Notes: generated by a model not told the origin, from the letters alone. A stretch of 53,553 bases of DNA from Candidatus Woesearchaeota archaeon (GCA_964604105.1 CAZRXO010000001.1:1-53553); one strand, 5' to 3'. Shown: positions 27,488 to 35,269, counted from the stretch's first letter. Program-made: numbers and translations.

Positions 27488-27577
27488 TTATAGCTCAGTC
27501 TCCAAATTACTTACTGAATGTTTGTTAGTGGCTATTGTGTCACACCCTTTTCAGAGCAACCGAATTTCATCAGTCTA
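27488..27577 (-). ncRNA. Candidate small RNA or 5' leader with C/D-box-like elements
   Basis: Minus strand: taga-CTGATGA-12 nt-CTGA...CTGA-gcta. The first box starts 23 nt after a TTTATAAG TATA. No convincing C' box. Confidence 0.2.
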
Positions 27578-27605
27578 AATTAATTAATAATTACCACTTA
27601 TAAAC

Positions 27606-27630
27606 AAGATGGACGTTAAGTCCATTTAAA
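27606..27630. promoter_or_regulatory. Palindromic operator-like motif, copy A
   Basis: AAGATGGACGTTAAGTCCATTTAAA. On the minus strand it is followed by CTTGTTTATAAG (TATA). Confidence 0.5.
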
Positions 27631-27670
27631 ATTTAAAAAAAATAATTAAATTTATTCAGAGTTAGATTCT

Positions 27671-28084
27671 TCAGAGGGGTTTTCCAAAACCAGGCGCCAT
27701 TCTATGTCCGAAATGCTCCTTAATTCCTAAGTTCTTATTTTTAAAATCCTGACAGTCATGTTCTTCACAAAATTGTTCTCTAGATTCTTTCATTGCATCT
27801 TGCATATCTTCCATCTCTTGTTGATGCTCAACAAGTTTGTTAAAGTTTTCCTCTGTTATTTGCTCTTGCATTCTTGCAATTCTATCTTCCATCAAAGACT
27901 TCCAAGATTCATAATCTCCTTCTGAAATAGCAGTTTGCATTGCTTCTCTTTGTTCTTGTATTTCTGCTTTTTCGTCTTCAGTTAAATCAGAGTTCCATCC
28001 AAAACCTCCTGCAGAAACCAAACTAATCCCAAGAACAGCAACCATTGCTAAAGCAACAATTCCTAAGATATATTTTTGTTCCAT
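27671..28084 (-). CDS. Secreted acidic all-helical protein (function unknown)
   Basis: Start at MEQKYILGIVALAMVAVLGISLVSA (GGAGG 7 nt upstream). E/Q/M-rich helical body. C-terminal CEEHDC and HFGH. Confidence 0.6.
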   Translation of the reverse strand: MEQKYILGIVALAMVAVLGISLVSAGGFGWNSDLTEDEKAEIQEQREAMQTAISEGDYESWKSLMEDRIARMQEQITEENFNKLVEHQQEMEDMQDAMKESREQFCEEHDCQDFKNKNLGIKEHFGHRMAPGFGKPL

Positions 28085-28146
28085 TTTATACCTCCTTTCA
28101 ACTTTTTGATTTTCATATTGTCTAAACAAAAATATTATTTATAAGG

Positions 28147-28171
28147 AAGATGGACTTAACATCCATTTAAA
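28147..28171. promoter_or_regulatory. Palindromic operator-like motif, copy B
   Basis: AAGATGGACTTAACATCCATTTAAA. Its reverse-complement core ATGGATGTTAAGTCCAT is 16/17 identical to copy A. Followed on the minus strand by CTTCCTTATAAA. Confidence 0.5.
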
Positions 28172-28213
28172 TTATAAAGATTTAAATATATTTGATTTGA
28201 TATAATAAAACAA

Positions 28214-28942
28214 ATGCCACCAATAACAGGAAGAACAATATTTGGGGGTCCCCCACTCCATGAATTTATTGCTCCAGGATTTGGAACAGAAATAATTTAT
28301 TCATTAGTTATCATAGTCTGCAGTTTAATGATTTATTTTGGAACAAAAGAACTATATGAATTAAGCTCCCATAAGGGGATAAAATATTTCAGACAAGCCT
28401 TTTTATTCTTTGCTTTAGCATATTTTTTTAGGTCATTTATAAAATTTATAATAATCTACTTTAATGTTGGAACTATCTTAGATATTTCACCTAGAACTTT
28501 TGGTTTTGTATTCGGTCAAATGACTTTGATTGTTTTTATGTATTTTAGTTCCATGGCAATTTTTTATTTGTTATACAGCGTAATGTGGAAAAAATGGAAT
28601 GGAAATTCTAAAAAAATTTATTTATTTCACCTATTAGCATTTATCATAGCCCTATCAAGTATTTTGTTTAGAAATCCTTTTGTTTATTTAGGAATGAATC
28701 TTTTGTTGTTATTTTTTGTTATCTTTACATTCTATGTTTCCTATAAACAATCAAAACAAAAAAGAACAAAACACAATTTGCATGTAATTTATACACTTCT
28801 TTTTTCATTTTGGACACTTAATGTAATAGACATCTTAATCCCTGAATTTTTCCAGATGTTTCAACTCTTTATTTACATAGCATCTTTAATCATTTTTTTA
28901 ATAATGCTTTACAAAGTTCTTAAAAAAGCAGGTTCTAATTAA
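28214..28942 (+). CDS. Polytopic (about 7 TM) membrane protein, unknown function
   Basis: 242 aa, with repeated hydrophobic segments throughout. Confidence 0.6.
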   Translation: MPPITGRTIFGGPPLHEFIAPGFGTEIIYSLVIIVCSLMIYFGTKELYELSSHKGIKYFRQAFLFFALAYFFRSFIKFIIIYFNVGTILDISPRTFGFVFGQMTLIVFMYFSSMAIFYLLYSVMWKKWNGNSKKIYLFHLLAFIIALSSILFRNPFVYLGMNLLLLFFVIFTFYVSYKQSKQKRTKHNLHVIYTLLFSFWTLNVIDILIPEFFQMFQLFIYIASLIIFLIMLYKVLKKAGSN

Positions 28943-28943
28943 A

Positions 28944-29210
28944 ATGAAAAGAAACAAATTAGAGATTATTCGAGATATATTAAAAATAATTCAAGATCAT
29001 CACAATTCAATAAAAGTAACTCCTTTAATTAGAAAATCAAATTTATCCTCAACACGATTCTATGAATATCTTAAAGAAATGCAAGACAAAAAACTTATTC
29101 AAGAAACCATAAACGAAAAAGGAAAAGAGATCAAAATAACAGAGAAAGGTCAAAAGTATATTCGAGAATTTCATACAATTATCAGCTTTATCGAAGAATT
29201 TGATTTATAA
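28944..29210 (+). CDS. Small winged-helix DNA-binding protein
   Basis: 88 aa. KLEIIRDILKIIQDH...STRFYEYLKEMQDKKLIQE...ITEKGQKYI fits archaeal wHTH. 1-nt spacer after the membrane-protein gene. Confidence 0.6.
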   Translation: MKRNKLEIIRDILKIIQDHHNSIKVTPLIRKSNLSSTRFYEYLKEMQDKKLIQETINEKGKEIKITEKGQKYIREFHTIISFIEEFDL

Positions 29211-29212
29211 AA

Positions 29213-29221
29213 TTATAAAAA
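29213..29221 (+). promoter_or_regulatory. TATA box
   Basis: TTATAAAAA ends 21 nt before ATG 29243. Confidence 0.5.
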
Positions 29222-29242
29222 CTCTTTCCCCCTATTTCTACT

Positions 29243-29827
29243 ATGAAAAGAATAAAAAAAGAGAATAAAGAAAAAATTCTTGAAAAAATCAATCCAGACA
29301 ATTATGAAATTTCTTGGAATGAAGAAGGAGTTCCATATAAATTCAAAAAGAAAACAGAAATCAAAAAAGGAAAAATATCAAAAGCAAGAGGAGCAAGATT
29401 TGAATTAAAAGTCAGAAAAGATTTAGAAGAAAAAGGGAGAGTCGTCGACAAGTGGACAAACAATGTCGACCTAGAACAAAATAAATTAGTTTCATCTAAA
29501 AAAATATTCAACCCCTTTAAGAAAATAATGGTTCCAGGAGCAGGTTTCCCAGACTTCATCACAATTAAACATATTCACGACGAATCTTACAGTGTCATCG
29601 GAGTTGAAGTCAAAACAAACGGAACACTTTCTAAAACAGAAAAAGAAAAATGCGCTTGGTATTTGAAAAACAAAATCTTCTCTCAAATCTGGATTGCAAA
29701 ACAAGGAGAAACACCCAAGGGTGTACCCCGAGATTTTTCCAAAGAAAAATCTACAAGGGGCAAACGAGGAGAAATTGTTTATGATGATTTTAAAGAGAAG
29801 TATGGGAAAAAGTATAATAATCCTTAA
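29243..29827 (+). CDS. PD-(D/E)XK nuclease, Hjc/VRR-NUC-like
   Basis: KARGARFELKVRKDLEEKG...GFPDFITIK...VIGVEVKTNGTLSKTEKEKCAWY gives the G-x-PD...E-V-K catalytic pattern. Confidence 0.55.
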   Translation: MKRIKKENKEKILEKINPDNYEISWNEEGVPYKFKKKTEIKKGKISKARGARFELKVRKDLEEKGRVVDKWTNNVDLEQNKLVSSKKIFNPFKKIMVPGAGFPDFITIKHIHDESYSVIGVEVKTNGTLSKTEKEKCAWYLKNKIFSQIWIAKQGETPKGVPRDFSKEKSTRGKRGEIVYDDFKEKYGKKYNNP

Positions 29828-29851
29828 AAAAATAAATTCCTTCTTTCAGAG

Positions 29852-30430
29852 ATGAGGAGACTGATAATAATCTTAATATTGCTAGCACCAATTCTCTCAG
29901 CAGTTTGCGAAGACAACCAAATAGATCTTAACACAGCGTCGCTGGAAGAACTTGACCAACTTTCAGGAATAGGAGAAGTCAGAGCACAAGCAATCATAGA
30001 TTATAGGCCCTATAACTCAATAGAAGAAATAACAAAAGCATATGGAATCGGAGAAGGCACACTCTCAAGCATAAAAGCCCAAGGCCTTGCATGTGTTGAA
30101 CACGAACAAGAAAACACCGACGAAGATGCAGAACCAGAGATAGTTGAACCTAGAGATAAAATTCCTTCCACATTAACAAATTCTTCAGCGAAGGAATCCG
30201 ACGAAGTCAATTCCGAAGCCACTAATCCAGGCACCAGCGAGCAATCTTCCCCCACACCAATCATCCTAACCTCAAATATTCCAAAAGATATAAATATAGA
30301 AGAAAACTCCAACAATTTAACAAAAGCAGACTACACTAAATATGGTTTTGTAATATTCTGTATTTTAATAGGATTATTGCTTTTAATAAAAAAATCCAAG
30401 CCAAAACAATACAAAACAGAATTCGATTAA
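29852..30430 (+). CDS. ComEA-like secreted helix-hairpin-helix DNA-binding protein with a C-terminal TM anchor
   Basis: Signal peptide. IDLNTASLEELDQLSGIGEVRAQAIIDYRPYNSIEEI...GIGEGTL (tandem HhH). Acidic linker. TM at the C-terminus. Confidence 0.7.
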   Translation: MRRLIIILILLAPILSAVCEDNQIDLNTASLEELDQLSGIGEVRAQAIIDYRPYNSIEEITKAYGIGEGTLSSIKAQGLACVEHEQENTDEDAEPEIVEPRDKIPSTLTNSSAKESDEVNSEATNPGTSEQSSPTPIILTSNIPKDINIEENSNNLTKADYTKYGFVIFCILIGLLLLIKKSKPKQYKTEFD

Positions 30431-30431
30431 A

Positions 30432-30896
30432 ATGGAAGAACAAACAAAAAACATCCTCGCATCATTTATCCTAGAAGTAATTGGAAAACCCGCAGAACAT
30501 TTAAAAGAAGTTTTAAAAGATATTATTAAAAAAGTCGACGAAGAAAAAGGGGTCAAAGTAACTTCCAGCAAAATTCACGAACCCCACCCCCTCAAAGATA
30601 ATGAACAATTTTTCACAAGTTTTGCAGACATTGAAATAGAAGTTGAAGAAACGTTAAATCTAATAAAAATAATGTTCATGTATATGCCCGCACATGTAGA
30701 GATAATTCATCCAGAACTAATTGCATTAACAAATAATAAATGGTCAGATGTTTTAACAGAACTTACTTTAAAACTCCATGAATACGACGAAACAGCAAGG
30801 ATACTTCAAAATCAAAAAGCAATTTTAATCAAAAAGCTTCAAGAACTTCAACCTCCAAAAAAGCAAGAAAAAGATAAAGAAGAAAAGAAAAAATAA
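30432..30896 (+). CDS. Hypothetical protein
   Basis: 154 aa. 1-nt spacer after the ComEA-like gene. K/E-rich tail. Confidence 0.5.
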   Translation: MEEQTKNILASFILEVIGKPAEHLKEVLKDIIKKVDEEKGVKVTSSKIHEPHPLKDNEQFFTSFADIEIEVEETLNLIKIMFMYMPAHVEIIHPELIALTNNKWSDVLTELTLKLHEYDETARILQNQKAILIKKLQELQPPKKQEKDKEEKKK

Positions 30897-31023
30897 ATCT
30901 ATTAATCCAAAGGTAAACTTCACATTATTGAAATCAGTTGAACAAATAAGTTAAAATTAATTTTCTTGATAACAATTTTTCCCAATGGAAAATCCCGAGC
31001 CAGAGGGATTTGGAATTCATATA

Positions 31024-31044
31024 AATTCTGCAACGCAGGAATTT
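31024..31044 (+). repeat. Perfect 21-nt direct repeat, copy 1 (hairpin TTCTGC-AAC-GCAGGAA)
   Basis: AATTCTGCAACGCAGGAATTT is identical to 32633-32653. Confidence 0.9.
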
Positions 31045-31055
31045 TCTCAGAAAAA

Positions 31056-31063
31056 CTTAAAAA
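31056..31063 (+). promoter_or_regulatory. TATA box
   Basis: CTTAAAAA ends 21 nt before ATG 31085. Confidence 0.5.
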
Positions 31064-31084
31064 CTCTAAACCATACATGTTCGT

Positions 31085-31735
31085 ATGTGGGTAGCAAAAA
31101 TAATTTTAAAGCATGATTGTATAATTGGAAATAGATGTAAGAAATTTAATATCATGATGCAATCTCTTGATCTCAATGAAGAAATGAAAAACAATCAAAT
31201 TTGGACATCTTCAATACATCAATTGATTGGAGAAGAAAAACAAATTAAAAAATTCGTTGAGGATTTGAAAAAAGACAAGAAGACAAAATATGTTGAACTA
31301 AATAAAAACACTTTATTTTTAATTGAATCTGCAAAAGACAAACCAGTCTCGCAATTCTCTAAAAAACTTTTCTTCATCAAACCAGCAATAATAGACACAA
31401 AAGGATATGAACATTATGAAATAGCCTCGCACAAAAAAGAAGAATTAATGAAGTTTATCAAAAAAGTTGAACCAGTTGTCGAAGAACTTGAATTAATTAA
31501 TATTAAGGAAACAAAATTACAAAATATCTATTTCCCAAAAGTAATGCCCCAATTAACAGATCTACAAAAACGAGCATTAGAACTTGCAATCAAACATGGC
31601 TACTACAAAATTCCAAAACAAACATCCTTACGAGAACTCGCCAAGCTCACAAAAGTTTCATTAGCAACATATCAAGCACATTTACAAAAAGCAGAATCAA
31701 AAGTTATTCCTGATACTATTTCTTTTTTGAAATAG
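31085..31735 (+). CDS. HTH_10 (bacterio-opsin-activator-type) transcriptional regulator
   Basis: C-terminal LTDLQKRALELAIKHGYYKIPKQTSLRELAKLTKVSLATYQAHLQKAESKVI. Confidence 0.7.
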   Translation: MWVAKIILKHDCIIGNRCKKFNIMMQSLDLNEEMKNNQIWTSSIHQLIGEEKQIKKFVEDLKKDKKTKYVELNKNTLFLIESAKDKPVSQFSKKLFFIKPAIIDTKGYEHYEIASHKKEELMKFIKKVEPVVEELELINIKETKLQNIYFPKVMPQLTDLQKRALELAIKHGYYKIPKQTSLRELAKLTKVSLATYQAHLQKAESKVIPDTISFLK

Positions 31736-31885
31736 AATAGAAATTCGCGAGGAGTATTTTTTATTAATTACAAAGCAGGGTGGGACCTTTTACGAATGTA
31801 AAAGTTTTGGGTAGGAATTACCGAGCGAAGGAAAGACAGACATGTTCGCCATAAACCATAAATAATCCTCAGTGTCTACTCTTGC

Positions 31886-32173
31886 ATGACAAAAAATATT
31901 AAAGCATTGGCTCGAGCAGGGGAAAAAAATATAAGAGAAGGAATTAAAATGGACTATCTACAAATTTCAAAAGAAATAGATGAAAAAGGATTTGATAGAT
32001 TTAGAAACAAATGGATTATAGAAGATGATAGATTGCGTTTACTGATTTCTTGTTATAATGATATGACTGAACGTGCAGCAAAAACATATGGAATAACTTT
32101 TGAAAGGGAAACATTACAATTAATACAAATTTTAATGGAAAGGGGAATAAGCCAGAAGAAGTATGGATTATAA
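31886..32173 (+). CDS. Hypothetical protein
   Basis: 95-aa ORF with no recognisable motif. Confidence 0.4.
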   Translation: MTKNIKALARAGEKNIREGIKMDYLQISKEIDEKGFDRFRNKWIIEDDRLRLLISCYNDMTERAAKTYGITFERETLQLIQILMERGISQKKYGL

Positions 32174-32200
32174 AATGACAAACGAAAAACAATAAAGAAA

Positions 32201-32568
32201 ATGACTAAATACACCTTAAAAAAATCGCTAAAGAAACAGGAAATGAAATACTTAGAAATGAATATGTTAATTCAATTGGAAAATTAATTAGAAAAGGGGC
32301 AAAACACAGTTTAGAAACCATATTCCTCCCATTTACAATTCCTACAATTAATAGAAAATTAAAGGAAAAAAATGCCTCCTTCGAAGAAAAATTTATTAAG
32401 GCATACGCCGGAACAAGCATAATGATATTGGGGGTTGTAAAGGAAGTAGATTTGGTTGATACTCTTTGGCCATTATTAATACCATTAGTAACAAATCTAG
32501 GTTCATTTATTTATGAAAATTATTGTGAAGCTAAAAAAATTTTAGAGGGCAATATAACCCTTCAATAA
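32201..32568 (+). pseudogene. ~120-codon gene interrupted by a -1 frameshift at an A7 tract
   Basis: ATG 32201 (frame 2) runs into AAAAAAA at 32218-32224. A 119-codon stop-free frame-1 ORF (32209-32568) continues from there but has no ATG until ~32420. Confidence 0.5.
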
Positions 32569-32632
32569 TTTACAAAAAGGAAGATATTAAATTAAAAAGG
32601 GGCAATCTTTTTTTAATACAAAAAATAGAATC

Positions 32633-32653
32633 AATTCTGCAACGCAGGAATTT
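32633..32653 (+). repeat. Perfect 21-nt direct repeat, copy 2
   Basis: AATTCTGCAACGCAGGAATTT is identical to 31024-31044. Confidence 0.9.
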
Positions 32654-32659
32654 CTAAAA

Positions 32660-33766
32660 TCACCGCTTCCGAAAAATCTTATCTTCATCAACACCCCGTC
32701 GTGCAACATCAATCACATTAACAGCTTTTTTAGGCTTCATATATTTCGCACGAATAAACCAAACTAAAAATAAAACAACAACAGCAATAATAACCCATCC
32801 AATAATTTTCAGAGTTAAACCACTTTCATTCTCAACACATTCCCCAGCACAGCAAAGACCCTCGTCATCTGATTGCTTTGGCACACCATCACAAGTTTCA
32901 TCACCACTACATTTCACAGCATCTAAATCAACACACATTTCTTTATCCTCAGATTCTTCTTGTTCAATTGTCTCGTTCTTTTCTTCAACAATTGTTTTAT
33001 TTGTTTCTTCATCCTCAATAATTACAACAACATTCTCGGTTTTATTTTCTTCGCCAACATTTGCATAAACATAAATTGGAATTTCATAAGAAGAATTTCC
33101 TGAACTCAACTCAATAGTTCTTAATCCAGATTCAGAAATATTTCCTAACTTAAACTCAATGTCTTTTTTCTCGCCAGATTTTAATTCCAAAGAATTTCCT
33201 CCTTCTTCCTCCGCAATATAAGAATCTCCACCAAAAAGATTACTCCAAAAACCCCCGCCAGAAGCATCCTCTTCTTCTGTTTCTCCAACAAGAACTTTAT
33301 AATCAATTGTAATTTTTTCCTCTTGTAAATTCTGCACAGTTAAAATAAAATCATCTTCAGCAACAACAAAACCAGGGTCAACAGAAAACACCGCCAAAAC
33401 ATCTGAAATAAAAAACTCCCCCACAATATTCTCATCGCTAACAGAAGTTCCTTTCATATACTCTACACCCTCAATAGAAATCGAATAATTTCCAGAATTC
33501 TCAGGCAAAAAAGCATAAACATAATAATCTTCATTTGCCTCAACCAATCCAAACTCCATCGGCACTCGAACATGCTCATGATAAAACAAAACATTACTTC
33601 GAGTCATCTTTGTCACAAAATTCCCAGAAAACTTCACAACCAAAGTTTCTTGCTGATTATAACTTTCCTCAAGATTACTAACTTCAACAGCCAGCACCAA
33701 CTGCAAAATTAAAATCAAAACCAAAAAAAATACACTCAATTTTCTCGTGACCTTCAGGTTATTCAT
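32660..33766 (-). CDS. Secreted surface protein with a Cys-rich stalk and C-terminal TM anchor
   Basis: Signal peptide (LSVFFLVLILILQLVLA). Acidic region. CVDLDAVKCSGDETCDG...CCAGEC. TM IIGWVIIAVVVLFLVWFI. Confidence 0.6.
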   Translation of the reverse strand: MNNLKVTRKLSVFFLVLILILQLVLAVEVSNLEESYNQQETLVVKFSGNFVTKMTRSNVLFYHEHVRVPMEFGLVEANEDYYVYAFLPENSGNYSISIEGVEYMKGTSVSDENIVGEFFISDVLAVFSVDPGFVVAEDDFILTVQNLQEEKITIDYKVLVGETEEEDASGGGFWSNLFGGDSYIAEEEGGNSLELKSGEKKDIEFKLGNISESGLRTIELSSGNSSYEIPIYVYANVGEENKTENVVVIIEDEETNKTIVEEKNETIEQEESEDKEMCVDLDAVKCSGDETCDGVPKQSDDEGLCCAGECVENESGLTLKIIGWVIIAVVVLFLVWFIRAKYMKPKKAVNVIDVARRGVDEDKIFRKR

Positions 33767-33978
33767 AATTAAAATAGGAAATTAGATATTATAAACTTTG
33801 TTGGAATTAATTGCTTGCTTAGTTTTTATAAAAAATTTCCCAAGCATTCATTTCTAAAAGTTTTTCAAAAGCAAACGCATTTAAAAAAAATAAATTTCTA
33901 AACTTAGCCCTATTAAAATAATCCCTCCACACAAAATCAATCGATTCTAATAGATAAAAATTAATATCAGGATTTTCT

Positions 33979-34830
33979 CTAATCTTCATTAATTTTCTCT
34001 AACCGTTCCTTTCTTTCTCCACCCAATTCTTCAATTTTCTCCTCGATTTCTTCCCTCAACTCAGCAAAAGGGTCAGGATTATTTTTCATGTAACTTTCGT
34101 GCAACCAAATATAAATTTCATCAAAATGATTCTCTTGATTAAGCCAAATTTTCTTTTGATTATCTAAATGCAAAAGCGGACCAAATGCAATTATCTTTTC
34201 CTCTCGCCCCTTTCCAATAAATTCGTGAAGTCCAACACTTGTCATGTTTTTATTTTTCTCAAAATGTCCTGTAAGATTCCCATAGATTTCTTTTATCTTG
34301 TCACGAATATTAATTTTCTGCGTGGGCAAAGAAATCCCTGTTTCACGAAGAGCATTTCTATTTATGATTTCTTTTTTAATCCGACGATTTTCAGTAACAA
34401 TTGCTTTGTTCAACGCTTCCATTAATTCTTGCAATGTAACTTTTTTAAAACGAGGCATTGGGCTCCGCAACATAAGTTCGGGGATCTCTTCATTTAACTC
34501 AATTCTTTCAAGTTCGTATTTTTTCTCTTCCTTTTTACCAAAAAGAATATCATCAATACTCTTAATATACTTATTCAAAAGAATCTCAGATTTAATCCGC
34601 AACAAAAGCGAAGCCGCAAGAAGAACTTTACTCGACACAAAAAAATCCGCCTCTTCAATATTTTTAATCCGCGACAAATAACCCTCAGTCAGCACAACAA
34701 TATTAATGTCCCACGGGTCAAGTTGCTCTGTATTAATCAAATCATAAATTATTTCTTTCCAACTCAACTCACGACTAAAAAGTAAATCATGAATCTGATC
34801 TTGTTTTACAGAAGGTTTCACCTCATCCAT
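33979..34830 (-). CDS. scpA: Segregation and condensation protein A (kleisin ScpA)
   Basis: LDPWDINIVVLTEGYLSRIKNIEEADFFVSSKVLLAASLLLRIKSEILL is the ScpA N-terminal signature. ATG at 34830 preferred over TTG at 34839. Confidence 0.75.
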   Translation of the reverse strand: MDEVKPSVKQDQIHDLLFSRELSWKEIIYDLINTEQLDPWDINIVVLTEGYLSRIKNIEEADFFVSSKVLLAASLLLRIKSEILLNKYIKSIDDILFGKKEEKKYELERIELNEEIPELMLRSPMPRFKKVTLQELMEALNKAIVTENRRIKKEIINRNALRETGISLPTQKINIRDKIKEIYGNLTGHFEKNKNMTSVGLHEFIGKGREEKIIAFGPLLHLDNQKKIWLNQENHFDEIYIWLHESYMKNNPDPFAELREEIEEKIEELGGERKERLEKINED

Positions 34831-35269
34831 TCTCAACAAAATAAATTTTACTTTAATTAATTATCTATATAATAGTTAGGCACTACTATCTATATAAAAG
34901 TTGTAGTGCCCAACACCCTTAGAGACTACATAACAAAATAATGTGGTGCCCAACCCAAAATTATATAAAACTTTGTAATCATTGTTTAATTTAATTGCAC
35001 GACGAAGTGGTGTTACAGCATCGTAACTTTGCTGTGATTACCACCTGTCATTTTTTAAGGGTAACATCACCGAAACATTTATATAGTTTAACATATTTAA
35101 TATACTATCACCTCTTTTTCCCCAGGAGAGGCTCCAAGTCTACTATTTTGTTGGTTTGGAGAATCTCCCAGGGTTATATTCATTTACTATTACAAAAATT
35201 ATGTAAAAAATTACGGGCTTATTAATCTTTAATTTATTTTAGATTGCCCAATTATATTTATTAAAAAAA

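Noticed and set aside
27487-27500. TATAGCTCAGTC, resembling a tRNA D-arm
   Set aside because: No acceptor stem, anticodon arm or GTTCGAATC-type T-arm can be built around it on either strand.
32205-32420. 71-aa minus-strand ORF
   Set aside because: It is antisense to the much longer stop-free plus-strand frame of the A7-frameshifted gene. The translation is a hydrophobic shadow translation.
34995-35225. 76-aa ORF with a TTG start in the long spacer
   Set aside because: No ATG, no TATA at the canonical distance, and it spans several strong hairpins. It is better explained as non-coding structured DNA/RNA.
34840-35269. Candidate RNase P RNA, SRP RNA or 5S rRNA in the long spacer
   Set aside because: I could not find the universal signatures on either strand: GAGGAAAGTCC or ACAGAA-type CR boxes, the SRP helix-8 GGAA/AGCA motif, or the 5S loop sequences.
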